From Candidatus Wirthbacteria bacterium (GTDB lineage Bacteria; Patescibacteriota; CG2-30-54-11), in assembly GCA_903889905.1 (NCBI GenBank), contig CAISZI010000008.1:40766-104765 (forward strand): DNA of 64,000 bases, written 5' to 3'. The notes beneath the pieces were generated by a model. The model made no database searches. It had not been told where the DNA came from and saw only the letters and a program-made list of their open reading frames with translations. Below are positions 55,324 through 64,000 of this stretch, piece by piece (the first letter of the stretch is position 1; every line of letters begins with the position of its first letter). The position numbers and the translations under genes were made by a program.

Positions 55324-56451
55324 TCAGACCACAAACCCCAACCAATTCTCCTTGCTCACCACCTCCCAACTTGCATCCGGATAGGTCCGGCGCCACAGTT
55401 TGGGTTCTTTGGATTTTTTGATGCCCCACTTGAATTCATAACCATGTAATTTGCCATCGTAGTCTTCGACGTAGTCCACTTCCTGCTGGGTGTAGGTGCG
55501 CCAGAAGTAGGTATTAGCATGGTGCAGTAAATAATGATTGCGCTTGAGGCGCTCGGTGAACAGGTAATTTTCCCACAACTGGCCGACATCATTACGCTGG
55601 TCAAGCGGATTGAAATTATTGATCAACGCGTTACGGACACCATTGTCAAAAAAATAAAAACGGGAACTTTTACTAATTTCCTTGCGCAGGTTGCGGCTAA
55701 AACCAGTAACACGCCGGATGACAAACACTTTTTCCAGAAGATCCAGATAACGTTCAATCGTGCCCAGGTTCAATGTTAGCGAGGATGCCAACTCCTTGAG
55801 CGAAACCTCATGGCCAATCTGAAACGCAACCAGGCGCAGTAGATCCAGCAATTTGTCGGCGTGGCGAATATCCTGGAGAGCAAGCAAATCCCGAAACAGG
55901 TAATTGTCGACGACCGAACCCAGAATTCCCCGCTTGTCGCCCATATCCACCGCCGTCACCACGTCAGGAAAACCACCAAAAATAAGCCGCTCGGGGAGAC
56001 GCTCTGTTGTCTGCATGAAATTTTCGGTCTTGCCAATCTCCATTTGCGCCAATGGATACAGATAATACATCCACTTGCGGCCCACCAGTGGTTCACCCAC
56101 CTGATTGGCTAGTTCAAAAGAGGATGAGCCAGTCGCCATGACGCGGATACCGGGAAAGCTATCCACGATAATTTTGAGATTCAGCCCTATCTCATCAATG
56201 CGTTGCGCCTCATCAATCAAAAGCACATCGGCGTTACCAATATTATTTTTCAATATTTCAAAACTACGCGAGCTGAGCCAGCGTGAATTCACATCATCGC
56301 CATTGACCCGAAGGACTTTGCCCTCAATCTGCGACTCGATATGTTTCATCAGCGTCGTTTTGCCCGTACGCCGTGGACCATAGAGAACAACAACTTTGTT
56401 GGGCGTCAGATGTGACAAAATAGTAGACGTGAGGGCTCGCTCAATGTACAT
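55324..56451 (-). CDS. AAA+ superfamily ATPase (AAA_14 + DUF4143 family, COG1373)
   Basis: Walker A LYGPRRTGKTT, Walker B ...VLLIDEAQ..., and a C-terminal DUF4143-like region with DNA-binding characteristics. Confidence 0.85.
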   Translation of the reverse strand: MYIERALTSTILSHLTPNKVVVLYGPRRTGKTTLMKHIESQIEGKVLRVNGDDVNSRWLSSRSFEILKNNIGNADVLLIDEAQRIDEIGLNLKIIVDSFPGIRVMATGSSSFELANQVGEPLVGRKWMYYLYPLAQMEIGKTENFMQTTERLPERLIFGGFPDVVTAVDMGDKRGILGSVVDNYLFRDLLALQDIRHADKLLDLLRLVAFQIGHEVSLKELASSLTLNLGTIERYLDLLEKVFVIRRVTGFSRNLRKEISKSSRFYFFDNGVRNALINNFNPLDQRNDVGQLWENYLFTERLKRNHYLLHHANTYFWRTYTQQEVDYVEDYDGKLHGYEFKWGIKKSKEPKLWRRTYPDASWEVVSKENWLGFVV

Positions 56452-56537
56452 ATTTGACCAAATTAGTATGTTGTACTATTCTAATTATATTGAATTAGTA
56501 CGTTTTTGTAAATAATCAATACCACGCAGTTGTTATA

Positions 56538-56613
56538 TTTGACTGAATTCGTAAGGTTGAGTTCACGAATTTGACTGAATTGGTCTAGTACGATGTGCGT
56601 ATTTGATGGAATT
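56538..56613. promoter_or_regulatory. three direct repeats, (A)TTTGA(C/T)(T/G)GAATT, phased exactly 32 bp apart, in the AT-rich region upstream of the ATPase gene
   Basis: TTTGACTGAATT at 56538 and at 56570. TTTGATGGAATT at 56602. Confidence 0.5.
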
Positions 56614-56624
56614 GGGATGGTGAC

Positions 56625-56725
56625 TATGGGAAGGGGAGTAACACCCCCCGCCCCCTCTTACTCTAAGAGGGGGTCTGATCCGATCCCCCCGCTTAAGGTA
56701 AGCGGGGGCTAGGGGGCGTTATGAA
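56625..56725. repeat. two REP-like hairpins between giant gene 3 and the ATPase gene
   Basis: CCCCCTCTTACTCTAAGAGGGGG and CCCCCCGCTTAAGGTAAGCGGGGG. Confidence 0.75.
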
Positions 56726-56728
56726 TCT

Positions 56729-59700
56729 TTATCTGAACTCCACCGCCGAACTCCCATTGGCCAGGGTCTGCACCTGCGTCGCGGTCAGGGCGTAGTTGTA
56801 GATGCGGACGTCGTCGATTTGGCCATTGTAATAAAGTCCTGAATAAGATCGTCTACCAATTTCAGTTGTGGCAGTACTGTAATCTATCACCGCACCTGCG
56901 TCATTATCCCCAATTACAAGTGTCTGACTGATGCCATTAATATAAATATGAATCCCCGACGCATTGCCTGATCCGTCATATGTCATGACAACATGATTCC
57001 ATGAGTTCAGAATCAACCCGTTTGACACCGTGACATAGTATTTATCAGTTCCCGAAGAAGCGAGAACTGCAGAAAGTCCATCGTCGTCAAATATAGTGAA
57101 ATTCCAACCATTAAATGTAGAGGCACTCTGGTTTTGGATTATAGCGGAATAATTTGTCATACCTGTGATTGGTTTGATCCAAGCCGAAGCAGAAAAAGAA
57201 CTAGTTGTCTGAAATGATAATGCGGTTTTGTTGGTTCCAGCATTTAAATAATCACTATTCCCACTATTAAACGCCAGACTCCCATTAATCTTCCCACTCG
57301 CCCCGTTCCCCCACGCCGTCGCTGCTGTGGTGCAAGTCCCGACCGCTGTCCCGCCCATCCATGTTCCGTTCAATCCATTGCCACTCCGATCATGCAACAC
57401 CGTACCCGTACACTCGTCGAAATCCCAGTACGCCACTGGCGCGCCACGGTTGTAGTCCCAGGCAATCTGTGCAGGCGAGAGTGTATAAGTATAAATCCTG
57501 ACTTGATCTATCAGTCCATTAAATGCATTGGTATAGCTTGCACCATTTTTGAGTGCACCGAGATAAAGCGGTCTACTGTTATTGTTTAACCCTGCAAAAG
57601 TTGTCGCCACTTCGTTTTTGCCATCAATATAGCCACTTACCGCCGTTCCACTGATCGTAATCGCCACATAATGCCACTTGCCATCCTTGAGGTTGGTAGT
57701 CGAAAGAGTAACGCTGTTGTTGGAACCAAAATACAGTGTCAGATATCCGGTTGCATTGGCAACATACATTCCATAGTCATAGATCGGTGATAGAGCCATA
57801 TCGCCTTTGCCAACGATGAAACTTCCGCCAGCCGATGTTTTGATCCAGGCCGAATAAGTCATCTGAGCTGACGACGCAAGTGCTGCCGGTGTCGAAAGAT
57901 CAACATGTTTTGTGGCATTAAAATTCCCAGCATTCCCAAACTTGCCTGGCTTCCATGAATTCCCCCCCTGCCACGTCCCATTATTACCGCCACCACTTGA
58001 ATCATTGACCGTCCCGCCGCTGCCCTCATCAAATTTCCACTCCCCCACCGGCGGGTTACAAGTGCTGCTATCCCCAGGCACGCAATACGCCCGGCTGGCA
58101 GAGTTGTCCGGAGCTCCGGTCGAAGTCGTGCCACTAGCGCCCATGGCGGTCAGGGAACCGTGGTTGAAGTCGACGATGACGTCGTCGGAGGTCAGATTGT
58201 AGTTATAAATTTTGGTTTCATCGATAGTGCCAGCCATGCGATTCGCTGTGCCACCATCCTCGGAACCGGTCTCCAGATTGGCATTGGCGGCGCTATCGTA
58301 GATGGCAGCTGGGATCGCAGTGGTGTTCTGGCCGTTCTGTTTGGAACCGACGTAAACCGTGAGTGACGTACTCGGAACATAAACACCCGTGACGTAATAC
58401 CAGGTGCCCGTGGCAAGCGTCGTCGTACCCGTTGCGGTTTTGACATTACCTGCGGTGCCGTCCGAACTGATATCAAAGTTCACCTTGCCGCTCGCGTCGG
58501 TATAGAGGCGGTATGAACGGTAGTTGGTCGCACCTGACGTCTTCCATTTGGCCATGATGTCATGCGCCGCGTTGTTGGTCGTAAGGTTGACCCAGCCCGA
58601 TAGGGTGATCGCACCGGTTTGACGCAAGATCGAGTTATTGCCATGGGTGACATAAGCTGTGGTGCCGTTGAAGCTTAGTGCTTTGCCAAATTTGCCGCTA
58701 TTGGTCCAGCTCGGCAGTGTGGCGCCGGATAAGGTGCCATTCAGCACAGAACCCGAGTTGCCGGAATTGTTGATCGTACCGCCAAACCCTTCGTCCATGT
58801 CCCAGTGGCCAATCATCATTTTGGTCCCCACACCGGGGTGGTTGTAATTCATGTCTTCGACAATTTGTTCAGGGGTGCGGGCGTAGTTGTAAATTATCAA
58901 GTTATCTATAGAACCGTTAAAAAAAGCACTTCTTTTTCCAATTGCCAAGTTGCCCGCATTTGCCAATGACAAGGCTGAAGACCATGTATCCTGCTGGACA
59001 CCATTGAAGTAAGTATAAAAATTATTCCCATTGCGCTCGACAGTACGGTAAACCCACTGTCCAAGACTATATGGACCAATACTGCGTGCACTGGCAATGT
59101 CCCAGCCTGAACCGTTAGAACTTGCCCAGAATCGTGAATAATCGCAAGTAAAATCCTGGCCCGCGACAAAACCGACATAGCCACCGACATTCGCCGCATC
59201 TGAAAGTAGTACCGCCTGGTCAAAAGAACAACTCTTTTTATTTTCCCACCATGAAATAGTAAAACCACCTGTCCCAAAATTAAATACCGAGCTACTGGGA
59301 ACCTGGACAAAATTATCCGTCCCATTGAAATTCCCCGCATTACTGATCTTCCCCACTCTCCACTGATTCCCCAATGTCCCCGCCCATGTCCCCGTATTCC
59401 CAAAACCGCTGCTGTCATTGACCTTGGCGCCACTGGCTTCATCAAACTTCCACCACCCCACCGGTCCCGGCGCGAAGTTATAAAGTTTCTGAACATCGTC
59501 GGCACTGAGAACGCGGTTATAAACACGCACCTCATCAATGGTACCCGGGAACAAATTGAGCAGTGCACTGGCAGAATCCGAATACGACGCCCCGATATAG
59601 AAATTATGGTAATACCCGTTGAGTGTGCGGGCGCCTGAGTTTTCCAGTAAACCATTGAGATAAAGTTTGGCGGTCGTGCCATCGAATGTTCCTACCACGT

Positions 59701-62700
59701 GATACCAGGTATTGGCCACGATCGTCGTTGCGGACTTCATGTCATTGCCGTTGCCGCAGCCGGTGGGGTCAAGGTTCCAGTCAACTTTGCTGTCATTGGT
59801 AATGCCAATACGATAGCCATAAAGGCAGCTCGAGACGTCCTGTCCCATCATGCCTGCAATTGCATACAAATTGTTGACACTAGTGGGTTTGACCCAGGCT
59901 GAAACCGTAATCGTCGTTGGTTTGAGCAGTGACTGATCACCCATGCTGACATTATCATTGGTTCCATTAAAACCACCACCTTTGCCGTATTTTCCCACGG
60001 TGTAATGGTTTGCGCCTGCTCCTGCCCAAGTGCCGGTAAGCCCATTTCCCGATGCATCAGCCAGTGATCCCGAAGATTCATCCATTTTCCAATACCCCAC
60101 CAATCCATCGGTCAGTGCCGGGTCATTGGCATTCGACGAACCCAGTTTGATGCCACTACCATCAGCTGAAAGACTGCCGCGGGCATTGAAATCGTTTTTG
60201 ACCTGCGCCAAGGTGCGCGGGTAACTAAACAGCCGGATCTCATCCATAAACCCGGCAAAATATCCGCCATTGACCCGGCCCAGCATAACATTGGAGGCGA
60301 TGACGGCGGTCGACGAAGTGACCGTCACCAGTTGCCATTTGTTCAAGGTGAGTTGCGAACTAACCACATTATTGACATAAATCGTGGGAGAGACAAAACC
60401 TGCTCCGGCGACAATCACATTGGATCCATTGGTCGTAAGATTGGCGTCACCGGTGGCACCGTTGAGGACTAGCAGGCTGGTCGAGGCTGCGGTTGGTTTG
60501 ACCCAGAATGAAACGGATTTGATGCCACTCAAAGCCGTTGCAACATTGATATACTGGGACGAAACCGCAGTAAACTGCAAACATTTGCCACTCACGCACA
60601 TGTCCTCGGTCGCCCAGGTCGGGTCATTCGCGGCGACGGCATCAGTCGCACCCAGAGTTCCAGTTTGTCCATTGGGCAAAGTGGCAAAAGTTGGTGTCGT
60701 GGTACCAGAAATGGCAATATTGGAATAAACCGCCACACGACCGACACTGCCAGCACCACCCGATGCTCCACCACCGCCGCCGCCACCGGCGTACAAATAA
60801 GTACAGCAGTCCCACATCCAGACATAACCATGCCCGCCACCGCCACCATCTGCAGTCCCGCCACTCCCTGGTGTGATCGTATAGGATTGCCCATAATCAT
60901 GGGTATTGACGCCGCTGCCACTACCGCCGATGGCACCAGTGCCGGCAGTTCCACCCGCTGCGGTAACGATACCTGCGCCCAATGTGACTGCTGCCGACTT
61001 GATGACGAGACTGCCACCGGCACCACCGCCACCACCTCCTCCGCCACCACCACCACCGGCAGGCCCACCAGCGCCGGAACCAGCAGTTCCATTAGAGCCC
61101 ACCGCACCATTGCTGCGAATCGCTCCGCTGGTGGTGATAGAACTTGCATAAATCGCTACAATCCCCCCACCGGCCCCTCCTGCTCCACCCGCCTGTCCCA
61201 CGCCAGCACTTCCACCTTCCGAACCGCCACTGCCTCCAGCAGCACCTGATGCTCCCTGGCTACCAAAATACAATCTCGTCAGATTTGCCGCACCATAGGT
61301 AGCATTATTTTTGAAACGGCTGGATCCACTACCTGGTGTTGGTGTGACAAAATCAGTATAGCTACCGCCCGCTCCGTTACCACTGGTGGCAATTGAACCA
61401 CCCGCGCCACCCACAGAAAAAACACCGCTCCCTCCCCCACTGGCTCCACCGGCAGCAGTAGCGGCACCACTGCCACCACCCGGCCCTGGGCCAAAAATAG
61501 TACCGGGGACTTCATAAGTATCATAACCATACCCATCATCACCCGATCCAGCAATCCCATCGCCACTCCCACCACTACCTCCTGTAGAGTCACCACCACT
61601 CTCGCCAATATCCGCACCACCGCCACCGCCGCCACCACCTTTGGTCGGCATGGCGCCAGCGGTTGCATAGGCACCCCCCTGACCGCCGCCACCACCACCG
61701 CCACCCGGCATATGGGAACCACCCGACCCGCCACCAGCACTGCCGCCGGGAATTGCGAGTAAACTCGGATTGGCCGCTGAATAACCTTTGCCATTCATAT
61801 CAATTGTTCCCGTCGCCGTCACGGCACCGGTGGCGCGAAAAAAAAGCACACCGCCTTTGGTGCCATTAAACGCATCAACAGTTAGCGTCGCTCCGCCGGT
61901 AACGCTGACGGTGGTGTAATTCGGTACGCGCTGCACTATGATCTTCTGGGAAATACCATCATAGCGGTAATCAAAAGGGTCCGTTACATTGATGTCGGTA
62001 TTGTTGGTGCCACTGAAACTTGCAATGCGTCTGGTTTCGTATAACCCGACGGAACTGTAATCCGTTGCCGTCCCCTGTAGATCCATGACCAGAATTTCAT
62101 CACCGACCGCAAGCCCAAGTGTATTGGGATTGGAGGAAGTTACCGTGATTTTGGTGTCACCAACACTAGTCAAAGTCGTTGAACTGAAATTCACGGCATC
62201 GGCCTTGGCTCTCGCCACGCAGGTGTTGGTCGCGGCCGCAGTCAACGTGATCGTGCCACTCGGGACACTGCAAGCTCCGTCAGCGCCATTGCCATAATCA
62301 GGGTTGGCCTTGCCGCCTACGGCATCATTCAGAATCTGGCCAGTGCCTTCATCCAGCTTCCAGTAAACTACCGGGCTCGATGACAGTTCCTCTGTTCCGC
62401 TCACCGCAACGCCTGGGAGTGACGATGCTGTTTTCCTGACAAATATCCAATCCACAGAAGTGGCAAAGGCCAACGTATTGCCAAATTCCAATTCCAGGCT
62501 ACCCGTCGGCACATTGGTCGTGGGATTGGAAAGCTGTGCGCCATTTTGATAGAACTTGGAACCAGCGGCACTGTAACGGTTGATGCGGTAATTCTGCATG
62601 GCAGAGCGATCCGTGACCGTAAGCGCGCCGCTGGTAGTGGCGGTACTGCTGGCTTTGGAACGGGTCACGACATTGGTCAAGGTACTCGTGTTGGTCAGGA

Positions 62701-63994
62701 ATTCCACGTCATTGGTATCACCACTGTCGCGATAACCGGCCGAAGCCAGATAATTTACCGCATCCCCGGGAATCGTACGCATCCCAAACTCGGCGATCGA
62801 ATATCCAAAATTGGCAACCGACCGGATTTTGGAATTGGTGCCGATCGTGGCAACACCATTGGCCAATGTCACAGTACCGGTCGTGGCCCACTTACTGCTG
62901 TCCAAAAACGTACCGCTGAAATCTTCAAAAAATTGAAAGACACTGCTGCCATTTTGTATCGATGGCGCACTGGGATTGCCGTAGTAAACATAAATCGTGG
63001 CGCCGGAGGTCGGGAGAATAGGAACTTTGGTCCAGATGGTGGTGGTCTGGGTATCGCAGGCATTGTTGCCGGTTTCAATCCAGTAATTCAGCAAAACTCC
63101 ATTGCCGTCAGTCACGCGGACATCACTGCAATCCGATGTCATTTTGCCCTGATAAATGAGTCCACTGGAATTAGCACTACGGGTGTCGAGGGTAAAGGAC
63201 ACCTGAAAATCCGTCAGATCACCACCCGAACCATTGGTCAGGGCAACCGACTGGCGATAAAGCCAGCTGTCGTTCCACCAGGAAGCCTGTGCGCTGCCAC
63301 GACCAACGAGATACCAGGTGAGTGCCGTGCTGAAGAGGATGAGGACCGCGATCGCGGCAAGGGACGCCCGGCCTTTTGATGTCTTGATTCTTCGGCCAAA
63401 CTCCCCCAGCCCCCCCTTTAACCAAAGTGGGGGTAAAGCAAGACGACGAAAGATACCCCCTATTAGAGTAAGAGGGGGCAGGGGGGTGTTACTCTCCGTC
63501 TTTGTCCCACTCCCCTCTTTGATTAAAGAAGGGGGAAGGGAGTTCTCTTTCCCCACCGACGGTGCCGGGGAGGGCGCATTACGATGCGCCCCTACGGGAG
63601 GTTTGGGTTCTTTCTTCTTTTTCCTATACAGCGAGGCAAAGGGAGAGGAGGGATTGGGTACGGGGGTGGGTTCGGGGGCAGATACGGGTTCGGGTTCAGG
63701 GGAAGACCGGCCCTGGGCCGCTTCTACGGGGACAAAGGATTGGGGATTTACCCCCCTCCTGCCTCCCCCCGCTGCTGCAGGGTAAGGGATGACAGTCTCA
63801 ATCTTCCCCGCCCCTGTATCCGCACGGGGGAGGGCAGGGAGGGGGGCGTTCGTCTGCGATCTCAAATCCATCACCCGTCGCTCATCAGCATGAGCTATGG
63901 ATGACTTCGCCACACGCCCAAAATCCAACCGCTTACGGGCTGAGGCGGTATCATTGGCTGTTTTGAATTGTGGGGTGGGTTTGGTTTGGGACAT
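56729..63994 (-). CDS. giant membrane-anchored surface protein (2421 aa), paralog of the 38285..46108 gene. Layout: DUF2341-like domain, Gly-rich region, about 8 LamG-like domains.
   Basis: TM helix ASLAAIAVLILFSTALTWYLV. DUF2341-like block ASWWNDSWLYRQSVAL...DVRVTD...IYVYYGN. About 600 aa after it are 60-70% identical to the other paralog. Gly-rich region, then LamG-like repeats ending ...QIDDVRIYNYALT.... Confidence 0.9.
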   Translation of the reverse strand: MSQTKPTPQFKTANDTASARKRLDFGRVAKSSIAHADERRVMDLRSQTNAPLPALPRADTGAGKIETVIPYPAAAGGGRRGVNPQSFVPVEAAQGRSSPEPEPVSAPEPTPVPNPSSPFASLYRKKKKEPKPPVGAHRNAPSPAPSVGKENSLPPSLIKEGSGTKTESNTPLPPLTLIGGIFRRLALPPLWLKGGLGEFGRRIKTSKGRASLAAIAVLILFSTALTWYLVGRGSAQASWWNDSWLYRQSVALTNGSGGDLTDFQVSFTLDTRSANSSGLIYQGKMTSDCSDVRVTDGNGVLLNYWIETGNNACDTQTTTIWTKVPILPTSGATIYVYYGNPSAPSIQNGSSVFQFFEDFSGTFLDSSKWATTGTVTLANGVATIGTNSKIRSVANFGYSIAEFGMRTIPGDAVNYLASAGYRDSGDTNDVEFLTNTSTLTNVVTRSKASSTATTSGALTVTDRSAMQNYRINRYSAAGSKFYQNGAQLSNPTTNVPTGSLELEFGNTLAFATSVDWIFVRKTASSLPGVAVSGTEELSSSPVVYWKLDEGTGQILNDAVGGKANPDYGNGADGACSVPSGTITLTAAATNTCVARAKADAVNFSSTTLTSVGDTKITVTSSNPNTLGLAVGDEILVMDLQGTATDYSSVGLYETRRIASFSGTNNTDINVTDPFDYRYDGISQKIIVQRVPNYTTVSVTGGATLTVDAFNGTKGGVLFFRATGAVTATGTIDMNGKGYSAANPSLLAIPGGSAGGGSGGSHMPGGGGGGGGQGGAYATAGAMPTKGGGGGGGGADIGESGGDSTGGSGGSGDGIAGSGDDGYGYDTYEVPGTIFGPGPGGGSGAATAAGGASGGGSGVFSVGGAGGSIATSGNGAGGSYTDFVTPTPGSGSSRFKNNATYGAANLTRLYFGSQGASGAAGGSGGSEGGSAGVGQAGGAGGAGGGIVAIYASSITTSGAIRSNGAVGSNGTAGSGAGGPAGGGGGGGGGGGGAGGSLVIKSAAVTLGAGIVTAAGGTAGTGAIGGSGSGVNTHDYGQSYTITPGSGGTADGGGGGHGYVWMWDCCTYLYAGGGGGGGASGGAGSVGRVAVYSNIAISGTTTPTFATLPNGQTGTLGATDAVAANDPTWATEDMCVSGKCLQFTAVSSQYINVATALSGIKSVSFWVKPTAASTSLLVLNGATGDANLTTNGSNVIVAGAGFVSPTIYVNNVVSSQLTLNKWQLVTVTSSTAVIASNVMLGRVNGGYFAGFMDEIRLFSYPRTLAQVKNDFNARGSLSADGSGIKLGSSNANDPALTDGLVGYWKMDESSGSLADASGNGLTGTWAGAGANHYTVGKYGKGGGFNGTNDNVSMGDQSLLKPTTITVSAWVKPTSVNNLYAIAGMMGQDVSSCLYGYRIGITNDSKVDWNLDPTGCGNGNDMKSATTIVANTWYHVVGTFDGTTAKLYLNGLLENSGARTLNGYYHNFYIGASYSDSASALLNLFPGTIDEVRVYNRVLSADDVQKLYNFAPGPVGWWKFDEASGAKVNDSSGFGNTGTWAGTLGNQWRVGKISNAGNFNGTDNFVQVPSSSVFNFGTGGFTISWWENKKSCSFDQAVLLSDAANVGGYVGFVAGQDFTCDYSRFWASSNGSGWDIASARSIGPYSLGQWVYRTVERNGNNFYTYFNGVQQDTWSSALSLANAGNLAIGKRSAFFNGSIDNLIIYNYARTPEQIVEDMNYNHPGVGTKMMIGHWDMDEGFGGTINNSGNSGSVLNGTLSGATLPSWTNSGKFGKALSFNGTTAYVTHGNNSILRQTGAITLSGWVNLTTNNAAHDIMAKWKTSGATNYRSYRLYTDASGKVNFDISSDGTAGNVKTATGTTTLATGTWYYVTGVYVPSTSLTVYVGSKQNGQNTTAIPAAIYDSAANANLETGSEDGGTANRMAGTIDETKIYNYNLTSDDVIVDFNHGSLTAMGASGTTSTGAPDNSASRAYCVPGDSSTCNPPVGEWKFDEGSGGTVNDSSGGGNNGTWQGGNSWKPGKFGNAGNFNATKHVDLSTPAALASSAQMTYSAWIKTSAGGSFIVGKGDMALSPIYDYGMYVANATGYLTLYFGSNNSVTLSTTNLKDGKWHYVAITISGTAVSGYIDGKNEVATTFAGLNNNSRPLYLGALKNGASYTNAFNGLIDQVRIYTYTLSPAQIAWDYNRGAPVAYWDFDECTGTVLHDRSGNGLNGTWMGGTAVGTCTTAATAWGNGASGKINGSLAFNSGNSDYLNAGTNKTALSFQTTSSFSASAWIKPITGMTNYSAIIQNQSASTFNGWNFTIFDDDGLSAVLASSGTDKYYVTVSNGLILNSWNHVVMTYDGSGNASGIHIYINGISQTLVIGDNDAGAVIDYSTATTEIGRRSYSGLYYNGQIDDVRIYNYALTATQVQTLANGSSAVEFR
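63395..63860. repeat. array of G/C-rich REP-like hairpins in the 5' end of giant gene 3
   Basis: CCCCCCTTTAACCAAAGTGGGGG, CCCCCTATTAGAGTAAGAGGGGG, CCCCTCTTTGATTAAAGAAGGGGG, CCTCCCCCCGCTGCTGCAGGGTAAGGG, CCCCGCCCCTGTATCCGCACGGGGGAGGG. Confidence 0.75.
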
Positions 63995-64000
63995 AAGTCT

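Overview
This 64-kb window is densely coding and mostly read on the minus strand. It holds about 45 protein genes and 6 tRNAs.

Positions 1-37 kb carry conserved housekeeping genes and a tRNA cluster:
- a MurF-like Mur ligase fused to a membrane domain (partial, runs off the window start)
- a dnaG-rpoD operon, then polA-ftsH and an S1 ribosomal protein
- an alpha/beta hydrolase, AI-2E transporter, two tandem SAM methyltransferases, NUDIX, YbaK, HAD, a CPBP protease and prmA
- a complete type IV pilus operon: pilB, pilC, two pilins, pilD, three minor pilins and a phosphodiester-glycosidase-domain membrane protein
- yebC, five tRNAs (Leu-CAG, Leu-GAG, Val-TAC, Phe-GAA, Gly-GCC), a PepE-like peptidase, DedA, and one further tRNA-Asn at 9.1 kb

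This stretch also holds small accessory elements:
- a PIN/HTH toxin-antitoxin pair, bounded by three direct copies of a repeat derived from the polA 3' end
- a SUKH-family (SMI1/KNR4) immunity-like gene beside tRNA-Asn, together with a partial tRNA duplication

Positions 38-64 kb form a striking locus: three giant genes on the minus strand (2607, 2945 and 2421 aa), each with an N-terminal transmembrane anchor.
- The first and third carry a DUF2341-like domain, a glycine-rich region and about 8-10 LamG-like repeats.
- The second carries N-terminal beta-sandwich-like domains, beta-helix-like repeats that look autotransporter-associated, and LamG-like repeats.
- A DUF4143 AAA+ ATPase gene separates the second and third giants. 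A degenerate RAYT/IS200-family Y1 transposase gene lies immediately downstream of the locus.
- The 5' ends and leaders of the giant genes are packed with G/C-rich palindromic hairpins (CCTCCCC-loop-GGGGAGG) that look like REP/BIME arrays.

Other notable points:
- an in-frame amber codon inside dnaG
- a histone-H1-like lysine-rich N-terminus on RpoD
- conserved structured leaders with compensatory base changes upstream of the tRNAs

The gene content suggests an uncultivated lineage with a reduced genome that depends on cell-surface adhesion, resembling the candidate phyla radiation (Patescibacteria). This is inference only. Domain assignments are informal by-eye comparison to named families; no profile search or tRNA scan was run.
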